Origin: an uncultured Methanomicrobiales archaeon
GTDB lineage: Archaea; Halobacteriota; Methanomicrobia; Methanomicrobiales; Methanospirillaceae
Direction: 5' to 3'
Assembly (NCBI GenBank): GCA_963758915.1
Contig: CAVWXH010000016.1
Span: forward strand, 256,001 to 320,000
DNA length: 64,000 nucleotides
Numbering within the stretch: the stretch's first letter is position 1; each line of letters begins with the position of its first letter. The notes beneath the pieces were generated by a model, which did no database searches, was not told the DNA's origin, and saw only the letters and a list, made by a program, of their open reading frames with translations. A program made the translations under genes and the position numbers. Below, piece by piece: positions 44,391 to 54,305 of the stretch.

Positions 44391-44519
44391 ATGACTATGG
44401 GTAACCAGGAAACGGGAACCTGATTTTCTGGGTCTTTGATTAAATGTATACAATAGGCCGTATATGAAAAACAGGCTGGACGAAAATTATTTTAATGGGC
44501 CTTTCTCAAAGAGAATTGA

Positions 44520-44747
44520 ATGAAAACTCTTCACAGGTCAAACAAATCGAAAATATTGGGTGGTGTCTGCGGAGGACTTGGGGAATACCTCGATACCGAC
44601 CCCAACATCATCCGGATTGTTCTGGTCATTCTTCTCGCACTTGGTATTGTTACTTTGTTCTGGCCGTTATTTTGCCTGGTAGTGTACATTGCCGCATGGA
44701 TTTTATTACCTGAAGGACCACCATTAACTGAATCCTTATCTCCCTGA
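44520..44747 (+). CDS. PspC-domain membrane protein
   Basis: LHRS...KILGGVCGGLGEYL..DP.IIRI ... YIAAWILLP. Confidence 0.9.
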   Translation: MKTLHRSNKSKILGGVCGGLGEYLDTDPNIIRIVLVILLALGIVTLFWPLFCLVVYIAAWILLPEGPPLTESLSP

Positions 44748-44788
44748 CCTGTCGGACAGGTACCACACCAATTCAGCCCGGGGGTATC

Positions 44789-45220
44789 TCAATCTACATC
44801 TCCGTTTTGCCATGAGGTCCTTTGTTCCTGTTCAATGATGGTCCTGCACCTCCGCAAATAGGTCTCACCCCATAACCATGGCTTGTAATTGTCACACATT
44901 TCCGGTTTTGCCATGTGGATGGAGCAGAGGTATCGCTTTTTCGAGACCCTTAATAGAAACGGGCATGCGCTTACAAGGGCCCCCGTATCGGGGTTTCTCA
45001 TCTCAATAGTGATGATATCCCCCAACTCATCAACCTGTAATTCAGCGCATTTTTTCCATGTACCGTTCGTAAAACAGGCAGAAAAATGGCGGAGTATATC
45101 CTGCCGATCATTGGTCAGCCACTGGTAGAGGTTCTCGACTGTCGGTGATATGGAATCACCGAATACCTTGCAACAGATACCACACTGGTCACATTCAATC
45201 CCGTTACGAGTACCGGTCAT
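44789..45220 (-). CDS. YkgJ-family cysteine-cluster protein
   Basis: CDQCGICC ... CPFL ... CSIH..KP.MC. Confidence 0.85.
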   Translation of the reverse strand: MTGTRNGIECDQCGICCKVFGDSISPTVENLYQWLTNDRQDILRHFSACFTNGTWKKCAELQVDELGDIITIEMRNPDTGALVSACPFLLRVSKKRYLCSIHMAKPEMCDNYKPWLWGETYLRRCRTIIEQEQRTSWQNGDVD

Positions 45221-45515
45221 TTGTACCAGTCCTTTTAGACTGTATAGACGATAACTATTGGCTAATTATTGAACGATCCCCAGGTGAAGAACTATCCTGT
45301 CAGAGTGAATGATAACCGGAAATATGTGGGGAATTGTTATTAACCGGGTCTGAACGAGCATTTCATATTCCCACCGTCCACCATGACTGTGGACCACTTT
45401 TGAGAAATATTGTTTATCACGCGGCCTTTAGTTTTCGCTAAAACTTCATTCTAGTGGTGCTGCCAGTCCATCGGGGGATGTGACAAGTGCCCTGAAAAAA
45501 ATCCTGAAATGTTAT

Positions 45516-47984
45516 TTAACGATTGTTACTGGTCAGGCGTTCACAGATACGAGCGGCAGTAATCCACGCGTATTTTTTCCCGTATTCACCAACGCTCCCG
45601 TACCATAGGACAGGGATGGTATACCAGAGCAAAGCAAGGAGATACTGTTCAGAATTTTCATCAAGTATCGTGACCAGGTCCGCGTAGTGCCGGAGTTTCC
45701 GTAGTATCCGGAATGCCTTTTCCGTATCCGGGGGGAGGTCCATGCCAGGTAGATCAGGTATGTCTCCTAGATTATTGAACATGATAAAACGCTGGTCCCA
45801 CCCTGCCATCCTGCGTACCTCTTCATCCGATGAAAACGTTATCATTTCAGTCCTTATTACAGATTCCATCTTTGCTATATCGCGGAGGTTGTGGGTGATT
45901 CGCGTGTCTGAAAAATCTATCAGCCACATGTGTCCGTCCTGGTCAAGCAGTATATTTTTAAGGTTCAGGTCACCGTGCTGAGGGGCATTGTATGCAGGAC
46001 TTGTGGCGGTGATCCTCATGGGCATGACATGCTCAATGAAATAGAGCGGATTTACGGATTTTCCAAGGTTGCATGGGAGGATCACTCCAGGATCAGATGC
46101 AGAGACCCCGAAGTGGGACAGGGCATATTCCCTGGAATGTTCATACAAAGGAGGTTTCAGGTACTCCTGGTACAGTGCTATTTCACGCCGGACCGGTTGG
46201 CCATACCATGTGGTGAGCACAATTCGAAAGAGGTGATCAAAGGCAGCCTCAATTTTTTTTGGTGTTTGTGAACGGTAAAAGTCTTCCAGAGAGACCAGTG
46301 TACTGGAAGGACCGCCTATTCCAATAAAATTGTATAGTATGCCCCCGCATTCACCGACCTTCCGGTGCTGGATTAACCTCGTGGAACTGTTCAGGATATA
46401 TCTCTCCACGTGATCGTTGTACCCCCTGACCTCGTCAGAGATCATTGACCAGGACCCGAGTTTCATCACGAATGGCATCTGTTCCCGGCCTGCCCGGTCA
46501 ATAACACTGGCCCGGAACACAAGCGAACCACTAAAGCCCCCTGAAATCCGGGAAAGGTAAATTTTTTTATTTCCCTGGTGAAGTTGGCGCGTGATCTGAT
46601 CGTACTGCTCGTTCCACTCCGGGCAGGGCTTTTCAAATTCGATTACAGGGCCGTCATCACTAAGCAGGTTGTCAATATAAGAGACCCCGATAAGTGCTCT
46701 CCTGATAGATGTCGCAGTGGTCAGGCGAAACATCCCGGTAACTTCACCTTCTGTTTCGATTGTTTCTATAACCCTGTCAATATCGGCATCCTGATCCCAA
46801 TTCATGGGTTTAAACAGGACCCCAAGGGTGTGTGAGAAAATGGGTGATCCATCTGCCGGAAGTCTCCCGGGAAAAAGATTGGAGATAATCTCCCGATCAA
46901 GATCTGTATCAGTCGATCGATCGTAGATTACTCCGAAACCGGCAAGTGTTCCCCCATCGTTGAGGTCTGCCATGGACTTCCTGAACCATTCGTAATCATT
47001 ATCTTTTGACCAGACGGGTTCACGGTTTTTCGGCCGGTTGGCTTCAACAGGCGACTTCTCGATTACAATTGCTTCATAATGGTTGGTATCGGCAAGAATT
47101 TTTAGAGCCAGCACCCCGGAATAATGTCCATCCCGTTCTTTTGCACGGGCACAGATGGCTGTATAAATATCCCCCAGCGTGATCTCCTTACCTTGACCTC
47201 TCCCGGATTCGACCAGCAGGACTTCATGCGAATCTCCGTCTAATGCAAACGAACAGGCACTAAATACCCCCGGGATCTCCCTGATCGACTGTGTAGCCTG
47301 TATTTCTGATTGTACGCTATTACCCTGAAGGATGTAATCGGCAGTACCCCCGCCAGGTGGTACCCATGCAATCAGCCTGCCCGCCATAACCATATCCCCG
47401 AGGACCCCGGAACATTCACCCGATGAAGGGCCAAAAGCACCAATCCCGATGGCATAGGTATTCTGCCTGATTTTCAGTGGAAGAAGTTCTTCAGTTTTCA
47501 GGCCGGAGTGTTGTGCATCTTTCCATGGTCCGGAAGAAATGAGTCCCGCCGCTCCTTCTGAAACAGGGAGATACCTAATGGTCGTGGAACAGTCCGGTAT
47601 CGCAGGGAGGATTTTCCATTGAGTTGATCCCGGGCCTTTGAAAGACCTGTCACGTAAGGACCGGACTGCCTGTTCAACCGTAGTGAATTGGGGGAATATC
47701 CGATCGAATCCTGAAACTTCCAACACCTTTCTGGAAAACTCTCCCGTCCCGGCAAGCATAACCTCTCCCTTGTTACTCTTCCTGATTTTATATGCTCCAT
47801 GAAGAGCGCGGATGCCGCCGCTGGAGAGGTACGGGACGGAACTCATATCTATGATCAGGTGGTTTTCGTCATCCGCAGTGATTCGGTCAATATATGGATT
47901 GAGTAAGAGGGCTCCTTCGGCATCCAGCCTGCCTTTCAGTGTAAGGACTGTATATCCTTCCTGTTTATGTACCGTAATTTCCAT
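45516..47984 (-). CDS. STAS domain + unknown central domain + APH-like (TCAD9-type) kinase fusion
   Basis: N-terminal STAS (LKGRLD, IDMSSVPYLSSGGIRAL, VLEVSGF). C-terminal kinase fold (GGFSGSLVF, VMKLG, HGDLNLKNILL, LIDF). Confidence 0.8.
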   Translation of the reverse strand: MEITVHKQEGYTVLTLKGRLDAEGALLLNPYIDRITADDENHLIIDMSSVPYLSSGGIRALHGAYKIRKSNKGEVMLAGTGEFSRKVLEVSGFDRIFPQFTTVEQAVRSLRDRSFKGPGSTQWKILPAIPDCSTTIRYLPVSEGAAGLISSGPWKDAQHSGLKTEELLPLKIRQNTYAIGIGAFGPSSGECSGVLGDMVMAGRLIAWVPPGGGTADYILQGNSVQSEIQATQSIREIPGVFSACSFALDGDSHEVLLVESGRGQGKEITLGDIYTAICARAKERDGHYSGVLALKILADTNHYEAIVIEKSPVEANRPKNREPVWSKDNDYEWFRKSMADLNDGGTLAGFGVIYDRSTDTDLDREIISNLFPGRLPADGSPIFSHTLGVLFKPMNWDQDADIDRVIETIETEGEVTGMFRLTTATSIRRALIGVSYIDNLLSDDGPVIEFEKPCPEWNEQYDQITRQLHQGNKKIYLSRISGGFSGSLVFRASVIDRAGREQMPFVMKLGSWSMISDEVRGYNDHVERYILNSSTRLIQHRKVGECGGILYNFIGIGGPSSTLVSLEDFYRSQTPKKIEAAFDHLFRIVLTTWYGQPVRREIALYQEYLKPPLYEHSREYALSHFGVSASDPGVILPCNLGKSVNPLYFIEHVMPMRITATSPAYNAPQHGDLNLKNILLDQDGHMWLIDFSDTRITHNLRDIAKMESVIRTEMITFSSDEEVRRMAGWDQRFIMFNNLGDIPDLPGMDLPPDTEKAFRILRKLRHYADLVTILDENSEQYLLALLWYTIPVLWYGSVGEYGKKYAWITAARICERLTSNNR

Positions 47985-48250
47985 GATCCCGTACAACCCG
48001 GACAGTTTGATTCTCAAATTTCCCGCCATATCAAGCAGGAGTGAATACTATGGATCTGGAATTCCTACCGGAATAGATGTTTTGGATTAAATCCGGGTAA
48101 TGTGGGATCTTCTGAAAAAAAATATCATGGTCCAACGTGGCAGTTGTTTATTGATATAGAGTCAATTCTGTTATTACTACCCGTTGTTTTAAAGATCTGG
48201 CCCAACCGAAAGTATCAAGACGTACCGCTCTGAATTCATCTGATCCCCCA

Positions 48251-48736
48251 ATGAACATTCAATCACTGCGCTCACCTGTCCTTTTTATCACCTGTATTGC
48301 GATCCCGTTGCTTGCAGGGGTTGTTGGATCTTTTTCCACGATGTCATCAATTCCCTCCTGGTATGCGGGTTTAATTAAACCTCCATTAACTCCTCCGAAC
48401 TGGTTATTCGGGCCCGTATGGACCACATTGTATATACTGATGGGTATTGCACTGTATCTTGTCGTAAGGGAAGGTACTGAAAAGAAACCTGTTCAACTCG
48501 GAATTATTATATTTGCAGCCCAGTTAATCGTTAATGTGCTGTGGTCCCTGGTCTTTTTCGGACTTCGGTCGCCATTGTCAGGCCTGATCACAATCCTGGT
48601 CCTTATTGCCCTGGTACTTGCCACGATCTATTTCTTCTACCAGGTTTCCCGAACCGCAGCTGCACTCCTTGTCCCCTATATTGCGTGGATATGTATTGCC
48701 ACCTACCTGAATGCCATGATCCTTGTTCTGAACTAA
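48251..48736 (+). CDS. tspO: TspO/MBR tryptophan-rich sensory protein
   Basis: WY..L.KP..TPPNWLFGPVWTTLY, N.LWSLVFFG, LLVPYIAW..A..LN. Confidence 0.95.
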   Translation: MNIQSLRSPVLFITCIAIPLLAGVVGSFSTMSSIPSWYAGLIKPPLTPPNWLFGPVWTTLYILMGIALYLVVREGTEKKPVQLGIIIFAAQLIVNVLWSLVFFGLRSPLSGLITILVLIALVLATIYFFYQVSRTAAALLVPYIAWICIATYLNAMILVLN

Positions 48737-48753
48737 AATTTTCCAGATTTTTT

Positions 48754-49015
48754 GGCTTTGTTGAAACCCTTCGGGGTCAAAAAAAGGAGAGGGAAAGACG
48801 AAGACAGGAGGGGGTTTCACCCCCTCCCTGCCCCACCCCCATTAAGATATTCCTCGGGCAGGGTTTCCCAAAGGCTCATTAAATTCAGAGTATTGGGGGA
48901 TAGTTTCTATCCCAACCGGGGTCGCCAAAGCGGCGGGCCATGAGCCCCGGGAGCGTAGTTTAATTTCAGAACCACCCAAAATCGTTAAAAGTTATTAGAG
49001 AATTTCTACAGAGCC
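48754..49015 (+). mobile_element. MITE family copy A (intact core, 262 bp) with 8-bp target duplication
   Basis: TIRs GGCTTTGTTGAAAC / ATTTCTACAGAGCC (11/14 match). GATTTTTT at 48746-48753 and 49016-49023. Non-coding, between convergent genes. Confidence 0.9.
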
Positions 49016-49024
49016 GATTTTTTT

Positions 49025-49831
49025 TTATTTTCCGCCATATGACCTGACATGTACCCATGCCTTGTGATAGTCCGAATATTCCGGGTCTGATTCATCGTAT
49101 ATCCCCGGAAGTTCCCGGTTGAACAGCTTCCGGTCTTCCCCCACCGGGCAGACCTTGATGCAGAACCCGCAGGGGGAGATATAACGTTTGAACAGCTCTT
49201 CAGAACGTGCTGTGCAGGTCTTCTTATCGGTGATCCCGGCAGGATAATCTTCCTCCTGTAAGGCATTGACCGGGCAGATTGTTACGCACCGCATGCATCG
49301 TATGCAAAGAGGCATTTGCATTATTTCCCCTCCGCTTATTTTTGCATGCGTGAAAATCGAGGTAAACCGTACTCTCGGGCCATACCCTGGAGTGAGTATC
49401 ATATTATTTACCCCGAAATTACCAAGGCCCGCAAGAAAAGCCGCATGGCGGTGTGAAAAAAAAGCTACCGGGTTCTCTTTTAATACGCTGACCGATCCAT
49501 ATCCATCTCTTGGGAGAGCAATTGAAGGAAAACCAAGTCCGTTGAGCATGATTGAGATCCGTAAACTGCTCTGGTCAAGCATGGTGTTGACTGTTTTATA
49601 GAGTTCATGGTAGAATATCGAAGGTGATGTTTCCAGCACGGGAAGGCTGACCGGTATACCGATGACAATAATCGTTTCTGTTCCCGGGTATATTGCACGG
49701 GGACGGAATTGTTCCGGTACCCATGGTTCGAAGAGTGGAGAGTCCCAGCGATCAGCCGGTGCAAACCCGATAAGGGGTACATCAAGTTCTGCACATTTAT
49801 TTACAACGCGGAGCTGAAGCGGCAGGGCCAT
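49025..49831 (-). CDS. QueG-like 4Fe-4S protein (epoxyqueuosine reductase / reductive dehalogenase fold)
   Basis: SHRHAAFLAGLG.FG.N....PGYGPRVR, CIRCMRCVTICP, C...CGFCIKVCP. Confidence 0.85.
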   Translation of the reverse strand: MALPLQLRVVNKCAELDVPLIGFAPADRWDSPLFEPWVPEQFRPRAIYPGTETIIVIGIPVSLPVLETSPSIFYHELYKTVNTMLDQSSLRISIMLNGLGFPSIALPRDGYGSVSVLKENPVAFFSHRHAAFLAGLGNFGVNNMILTPGYGPRVRFTSIFTHAKISGGEIMQMPLCIRCMRCVTICPVNALQEEDYPAGITDKKTCTARSEELFKRYISPCGFCIKVCPVGEDRKLFNRELPGIYDESDPEYSDYHKAWVHVRSYGGK

Positions 49832-50092
49832 TATAGCAGTATATTTGATACAGGGGCTAGATGAATTTTCACATTTCTGCCGGATGGTCACCGATTTTTT
49901 CCCGTATCATGGTCAGCGGCTATTATTCTTCAAAAAACATCCGGATACCCGTTTTCCTTTCATGACTATGCCGGACTAATCTGAAATAACCGGTCATAAC
50001 ATAAAAAATATTTACCCGGATGGGGTATAAGGGAAGCTTTAATTCATCATACCGGGCATTTTGCAGTACCAGAACCATGGGGATGTTTTTTT

Positions 50093-51754
50093 ATGGACGG
50101 GCATGAAGTATCAGTCCTGATCGGGGGCAGGGCCGGGGACGGTGTAAGCAGCGCCGGTCAGGTTATTGCACAAATCCTTGGGCACATCGGGTATAAGGTG
50201 CATATGTACTTTGATTATCCCTCTCTCATCAAAGGCGGCCATAATTTTGCAATAATCAGGGGTGCGGACCGACCGGTGGGGGCTGTGCGTGACAGGGTCG
50301 ATTTCATCCTTGCACTCAACCAGGAAACGATTGATTTGCATCGGGAAAAACTGGGCCATGAGGGAGTAATAATCTGCAATGGCGATGTTGCCAGTCACCC
50401 TGGAGCCGTCAAGGTAGCCATCGGTTCGATTCTCAACAACGAGCATGCCCCTGTGGTCATGGGAAATTCGGCAATTATCGGAGCTTTTTTAAAAGCAGCA
50501 GGGATTGGTTGGAACATTGCAGAGGAGGTATTCCGGAATGCTCTACCGAAAGAGACTGATCAGAACCTGCATGTTGCCCGGCAGGCGTATGATGCGGCCG
50601 ATGTACGGACGGCAGTGAAGGAGATTACCGGACGGAGGCTCCCTGTTATGACGGGAAATGAAGCGATTGGCATCGGTCTCCTTGAAGGTGGTACCACCAT
50701 GTATTTTGCATACCCGATGTCTCCGACCTCAAACCTCATGCATTTCTTCGCAGGCAATGCGGATGAATTCCATATCCGTGTTGTCCAGCCTGAGAGCGAA
50801 ACCTCTGGTGTCCTTATGGCCCTTGGATGCTCATATGCAGGGACCCGCTCTGCAATCGGGACATCAGGTGGGGGTTTCTGCCTGATGACCGAGGCACTTG
50901 GACTTGCCGGTATCGCCGAACTCCCCCTTGTCATAGTCCTTGGCCAGAGGGCCGGGCCAAGTACCGGTCTTGCAACCTATACCGCACAATCAGACCTTCT
51001 TTTTGCACTGAATGCCGGGCACGGGGATTTCCCCCGGTTTATTGTCGCACCCGGGGATACGACCGAGGCCAGGACCTGGTCCAGGGTTGCCACTGCGTTT
51101 GCATGGAAATACCAGGTACCTTCTATTATTTTACCGGACAAGATCATCTGTGAAGGGTTATACAGTACAGACCCTGATTATTCAATAAATTGCCATGCAG
51201 AGCCTATAATGGCAGATCCCGGGGTCCACCCCTACCTGAGGTACCAGGTAAATGATTCCGGAATTTCACCCTTGCGGTTTCCCCCGTCAGCTGGTGACGT
51301 GATAAAAGTAAACAGCCATGTGCATGATACGGATGGGATTACAGCGGAAGAACCATGGGTCACGAAAATGATGGCCGATAAACGGAATAACAAGATCGCC
51401 GGCCTCAGGGAGGAGGTAGAGGGACTTCACCCCGTGGAAGTATCGGGTAATACTCATTCAGATGGGGCTCTCCTTACATGGGGTTCGAACAAGGGTGTCT
51501 GCGATGAAGTGGGAAACCTCCTTGACCTCCGGGTTATCCGGCCTGTTGTGTTATGCCCTTTCCCGGAGCGATCGTTTGCAAATGCCATGAAGGGTGTCAG
51601 GAGGTTCTATTCGGTCGAATCAAACGAGACTGGCCAACTTGCGAGACTTGTCAGCCAGTTCGGGTACTGTGCCAGCGGCCTGGTCCTGAAATATGATGGA
51701 AGGCCGTTTACCATCGAAGAACTCACCGCAAGGGTCAGGGAGGCTGTTTCATGA
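50093..51754 (+). CDS. korA: 2-oxoacid:ferredoxin oxidoreductase alpha subunit (gamma-alpha fusion)
   Basis: IGGRAGDGV, YPSLIKGGH, GNEAI, AYPMSP, TSGGGF.LM.E, R.GPSTGL.T. Confidence 0.92.
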   Translation: MDGHEVSVLIGGRAGDGVSSAGQVIAQILGHIGYKVHMYFDYPSLIKGGHNFAIIRGADRPVGAVRDRVDFILALNQETIDLHREKLGHEGVIICNGDVASHPGAVKVAIGSILNNEHAPVVMGNSAIIGAFLKAAGIGWNIAEEVFRNALPKETDQNLHVARQAYDAADVRTAVKEITGRRLPVMTGNEAIGIGLLEGGTTMYFAYPMSPTSNLMHFFAGNADEFHIRVVQPESETSGVLMALGCSYAGTRSAIGTSGGGFCLMTEALGLAGIAELPLVIVLGQRAGPSTGLATYTAQSDLLFALNAGHGDFPRFIVAPGDTTEARTWSRVATAFAWKYQVPSIILPDKIICEGLYSTDPDYSINCHAEPIMADPGVHPYLRYQVNDSGISPLRFPPSAGDVIKVNSHVHDTDGITAEEPWVTKMMADKRNNKIAGLREEVEGLHPVEVSGNTHSDGALLTWGSNKGVCDEVGNLLDLRVIRPVVLCPFPERSFANAMKGVRRFYSVESNETGQLARLVSQFGYCASGLVLKYDGRPFTIEELTARVREAVS

Positions 51755-52605
51755 AGGGTAGCGAACTCATCAGCCATGCAAAAAACACCTGGTGCCCGGG
51801 TTGCGGTAATTTTATCGTGCAGCATGCACTGAAAGAAGTCATTTCGGACCTCGGGTCGGAAGGCTACCCCGTTGAAAATGTTATCCTCGTGACAGGGATC
51901 GGACAGCACGCCAAAATTTTTGATTTCATGAACCTCAACGGGTTTTATTCCCTCCATGGCCGTACGATCCCGGTTGCTACCGGTATTAAGCTCGCAAATC
52001 CCGGCCTGAAAGTACTCTGCATTGCTGGTGACGGTGATTGTTATGCGGAGGGAATTGAGCACCTGATCTTTGCAGCAAAAAGAAACGTCGATATTACCGT
52101 GATGGTAAATAACAACCGGGTCTATGGGCTGACTACCGGACAGTTCACCCCGACATCACCCTACGGGTTCCACGGCAGGTCTACCCCGAAAGGGGAAAAA
52201 GAGAACCCTTTAAACCCGCTGGACCTGGTGCTGTCATCCGGTGCGACATTTATTGCCAGGGCATATACCGGAAGACGCGAACAGCTCAGATTCCTGTTAC
52301 ATGAGGCCTTATTACACAAGGGGTTCTCGTTCATTGATAACCTCCAGGTATGTGCAACCTACTGTAACCTGACCGATTATTATAACGAAAGAGTATACGA
52401 CTGGGACGCAGGCTCCATGAGTGATTACCCGGCAGCCCATAAACGAGCACGTGAATGGGACTACACTGCTGACACAAAGATAGGTCTTGGGATCATGTAC
52501 CGGCATGACGCACCTACCTATGAAGAGGGCTATCCGGTGCCGGTTGCCTTATCAGAAGAGGAAAGAGGTCATGCCATCCGGAAATTCCTGGACTCGAGAT
52601 TGTAA
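51751..52605 (+). CDS. korB: 2-oxoacid:ferredoxin oxidoreductase beta subunit
   Basis: WCPGCG, LHGR, TPP motif GDGD..NN..YGLT.GQ..PT. Confidence 0.93.
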   Translation: MKGSELISHAKNTWCPGCGNFIVQHALKEVISDLGSEGYPVENVILVTGIGQHAKIFDFMNLNGFYSLHGRTIPVATGIKLANPGLKVLCIAGDGDCYAEGIEHLIFAAKRNVDITVMVNNNRVYGLTTGQFTPTSPYGFHGRSTPKGEKENPLNPLDLVLSSGATFIARAYTGRREQLRFLLHEALLHKGFSFIDNLQVCATYCNLTDYYNERVYDWDAGSMSDYPAAHKRAREWDYTADTKIGLGIMYRHDAPTYEEGYPVPVALSEEERGHAIRKFLDSRL

Positions 52606-52698
52606 TGCAGGAGGGATCCAACAGGTCTGTTTTTTTAATGGGACTATATCGGATCCCCGGGAATATTTTTAAGTCACGCTGACAGATTTAGACGATTA

Positions 52699-53517
52699 AT
52701 GAGTTCCCCGGCATTACGGCTTAAATTTTATATCATTCTCCTTGCGCTGGTTCTTACTACAGGCATTGTTGGTTTTATTATTCTCGAGGGCCTTTCGCCC
52801 CTTGATTCAATTTACCTCACGATCGTTACCATTTCAACCGTCGGCTATGGAGATGTCGCTGCAAAGACTGATGCCGGCAAGGTACTCGCAATATTCGTTA
52901 TTCTTGCCGGGGTGGGGAGCTTCGTTTTTGTTGCTGTCAACTCGATTGAATTAACCCTCGGGCGGAAAGAGGCGATTGAAAGGACGAGGAAAGTAAATAT
53001 GATCGTCGGGGTGTTTTTTTCTGAGGCTGGAACACCTTTGATCAGGAAACTGAAAGGATCAATAACCGGAAGTGATGCATTGAATACTAGTCTGGAAGTG
53101 CAGCCCGAATGGACTGAAAGGGACTTCCTGGACGCAAAGACACGCATCGGGATCCTGAATTTTGAAATTGATATTCATAGGGTAGATCTTCCGGAAATTC
53201 ACCAGTTACTCAACGGAAAACGGACCATTTTTGTCCAACTCCTGCAGCACCCGGTCCTTTTTGAACATGAGGCGTTTACTGACCTGCTCAATGCGGTATT
53301 TCATCTTGAAGAGGAGTTATCAGCGAGGGAAGATTTCGGGGGGCTTCCTGAATCTGACCTTAACCACCTGGCAGGTGATACGAAAAGGGTTGTATCACTC
53401 ATTATCATTCAATGGCTCGATTACATGCTTCACCTTAAAACGAACTACCCGTACCTCTTCTCTCTTGCGGTGAGGACGAACCCGTTCAGCAATACCAGTT
53501 CGCCAGTGATCCGGTAA
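52699..53517 (+). CDS. Two-TM potassium channel with a non-RCK cytoplasmic domain
   Basis: Selectivity filter TVGYGD between two TM helices. The C-terminal domain lacks an RCK GxGxxG. Confidence 0.88.
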   Translation: MSSPALRLKFYIILLALVLTTGIVGFIILEGLSPLDSIYLTIVTISTVGYGDVAAKTDAGKVLAIFVILAGVGSFVFVAVNSIELTLGRKEAIERTRKVNMIVGVFFSEAGTPLIRKLKGSITGSDALNTSLEVQPEWTERDFLDAKTRIGILNFEIDIHRVDLPEIHQLLNGKRTIFVQLLQHPVLFEHEAFTDLLNAVFHLEEELSAREDFGGLPESDLNHLAGDTKRVVSLIIIQWLDYMLHLKTNYPYLFSLAVRTNPFSNTSSPVIR

Positions 53518-53758
53518 ATGCAAACAGGACGGAAAGGCACCAGAGCGCTTTTGTCCGCTATTTATACCTGATTCAGGGCACCTCAAGAATACGGAACCGT
53601 TATAGTTTTTTTCGCGTCCCGGCTTGTTGCCAACATGTGGTGTCGATTTGGAACTTGTGAACCATATGGTTTCGATAGTATCACAAAGGGAACTTAAATT
53701 CCATTCTCCGGACAAATTAAGTCATGTTGTATTGAACTATTATCTTTCAGACTGGTCC

Positions 53759-54118
53759 CTACAAACCACACCGCTTTGTCTCCCAGTCTTTTATTGCCCC
53801 ACAACGCCTGCATTTGGGTACTCCGTCAATTACTGCTATGCTATGGTTTGAATTGCACCTGTTTTTCCAAAATACCGGAAGAAGGCCCATCCTTCCGCAT
53901 TTCCTGCACATTAATTTTCCCATTACCAGGGAAATATCGTGATTTTCAATACAGGGTGAATTAAATTCTCCGTTGGTCCTCCCACATTTTTTACATAGTA
54001 CTTTACCACCCATTCCGGCAATATCATGGGTCCCAGTACATGGATTTCCAAAGTCGGATATACGGCCACATACCGTGCATATTGTCAGCCCCTGTATTGT
54101 AACGATGTTATGGTCCAA
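53759..54118 (-). CDS. Small protein of four His/Cys repeats (putative zinc fingers)
   Basis: Four copies of H-x-I-x4-G-x3-C-x2-C-G-x(8-12)-C. Confidence 0.75.
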   Translation of the reverse strand: MDHNIVTIQGLTICTVCGRISDFGNPCTGTHDIAGMGGKVLCKKCGRTNGEFNSPCIENHDISLVMGKLMCRKCGRMGLLPVFWKNRCNSNHSIAVIDGVPKCRRCGAIKDWETKRCGL

Positions 54119-54305
54119 AATGTTACACCCGGTTAGTAGTATAGTAGTTCAGGATAAGAAATGTCGCTGGCAGGTAGTACTGCCTACGGCTGATACACTC
54201 TCATTCTACCGGGGTACCTATTCCGTGCTTCCGGTTTTGACAGGGTAAAAATGCTGAAATGATAGAGGTATGGTGATAAAACCGGAAAATAATTTAAGGC
54301 GGAGA

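Noticed and set aside
48752-48943. Short similar ORFs overlapping the repeats (also 58362-58643, 15829-16029, 62755-62937)
   Set aside because: They are translations of the MITE sequence. Frames and starts are not conserved between copies.
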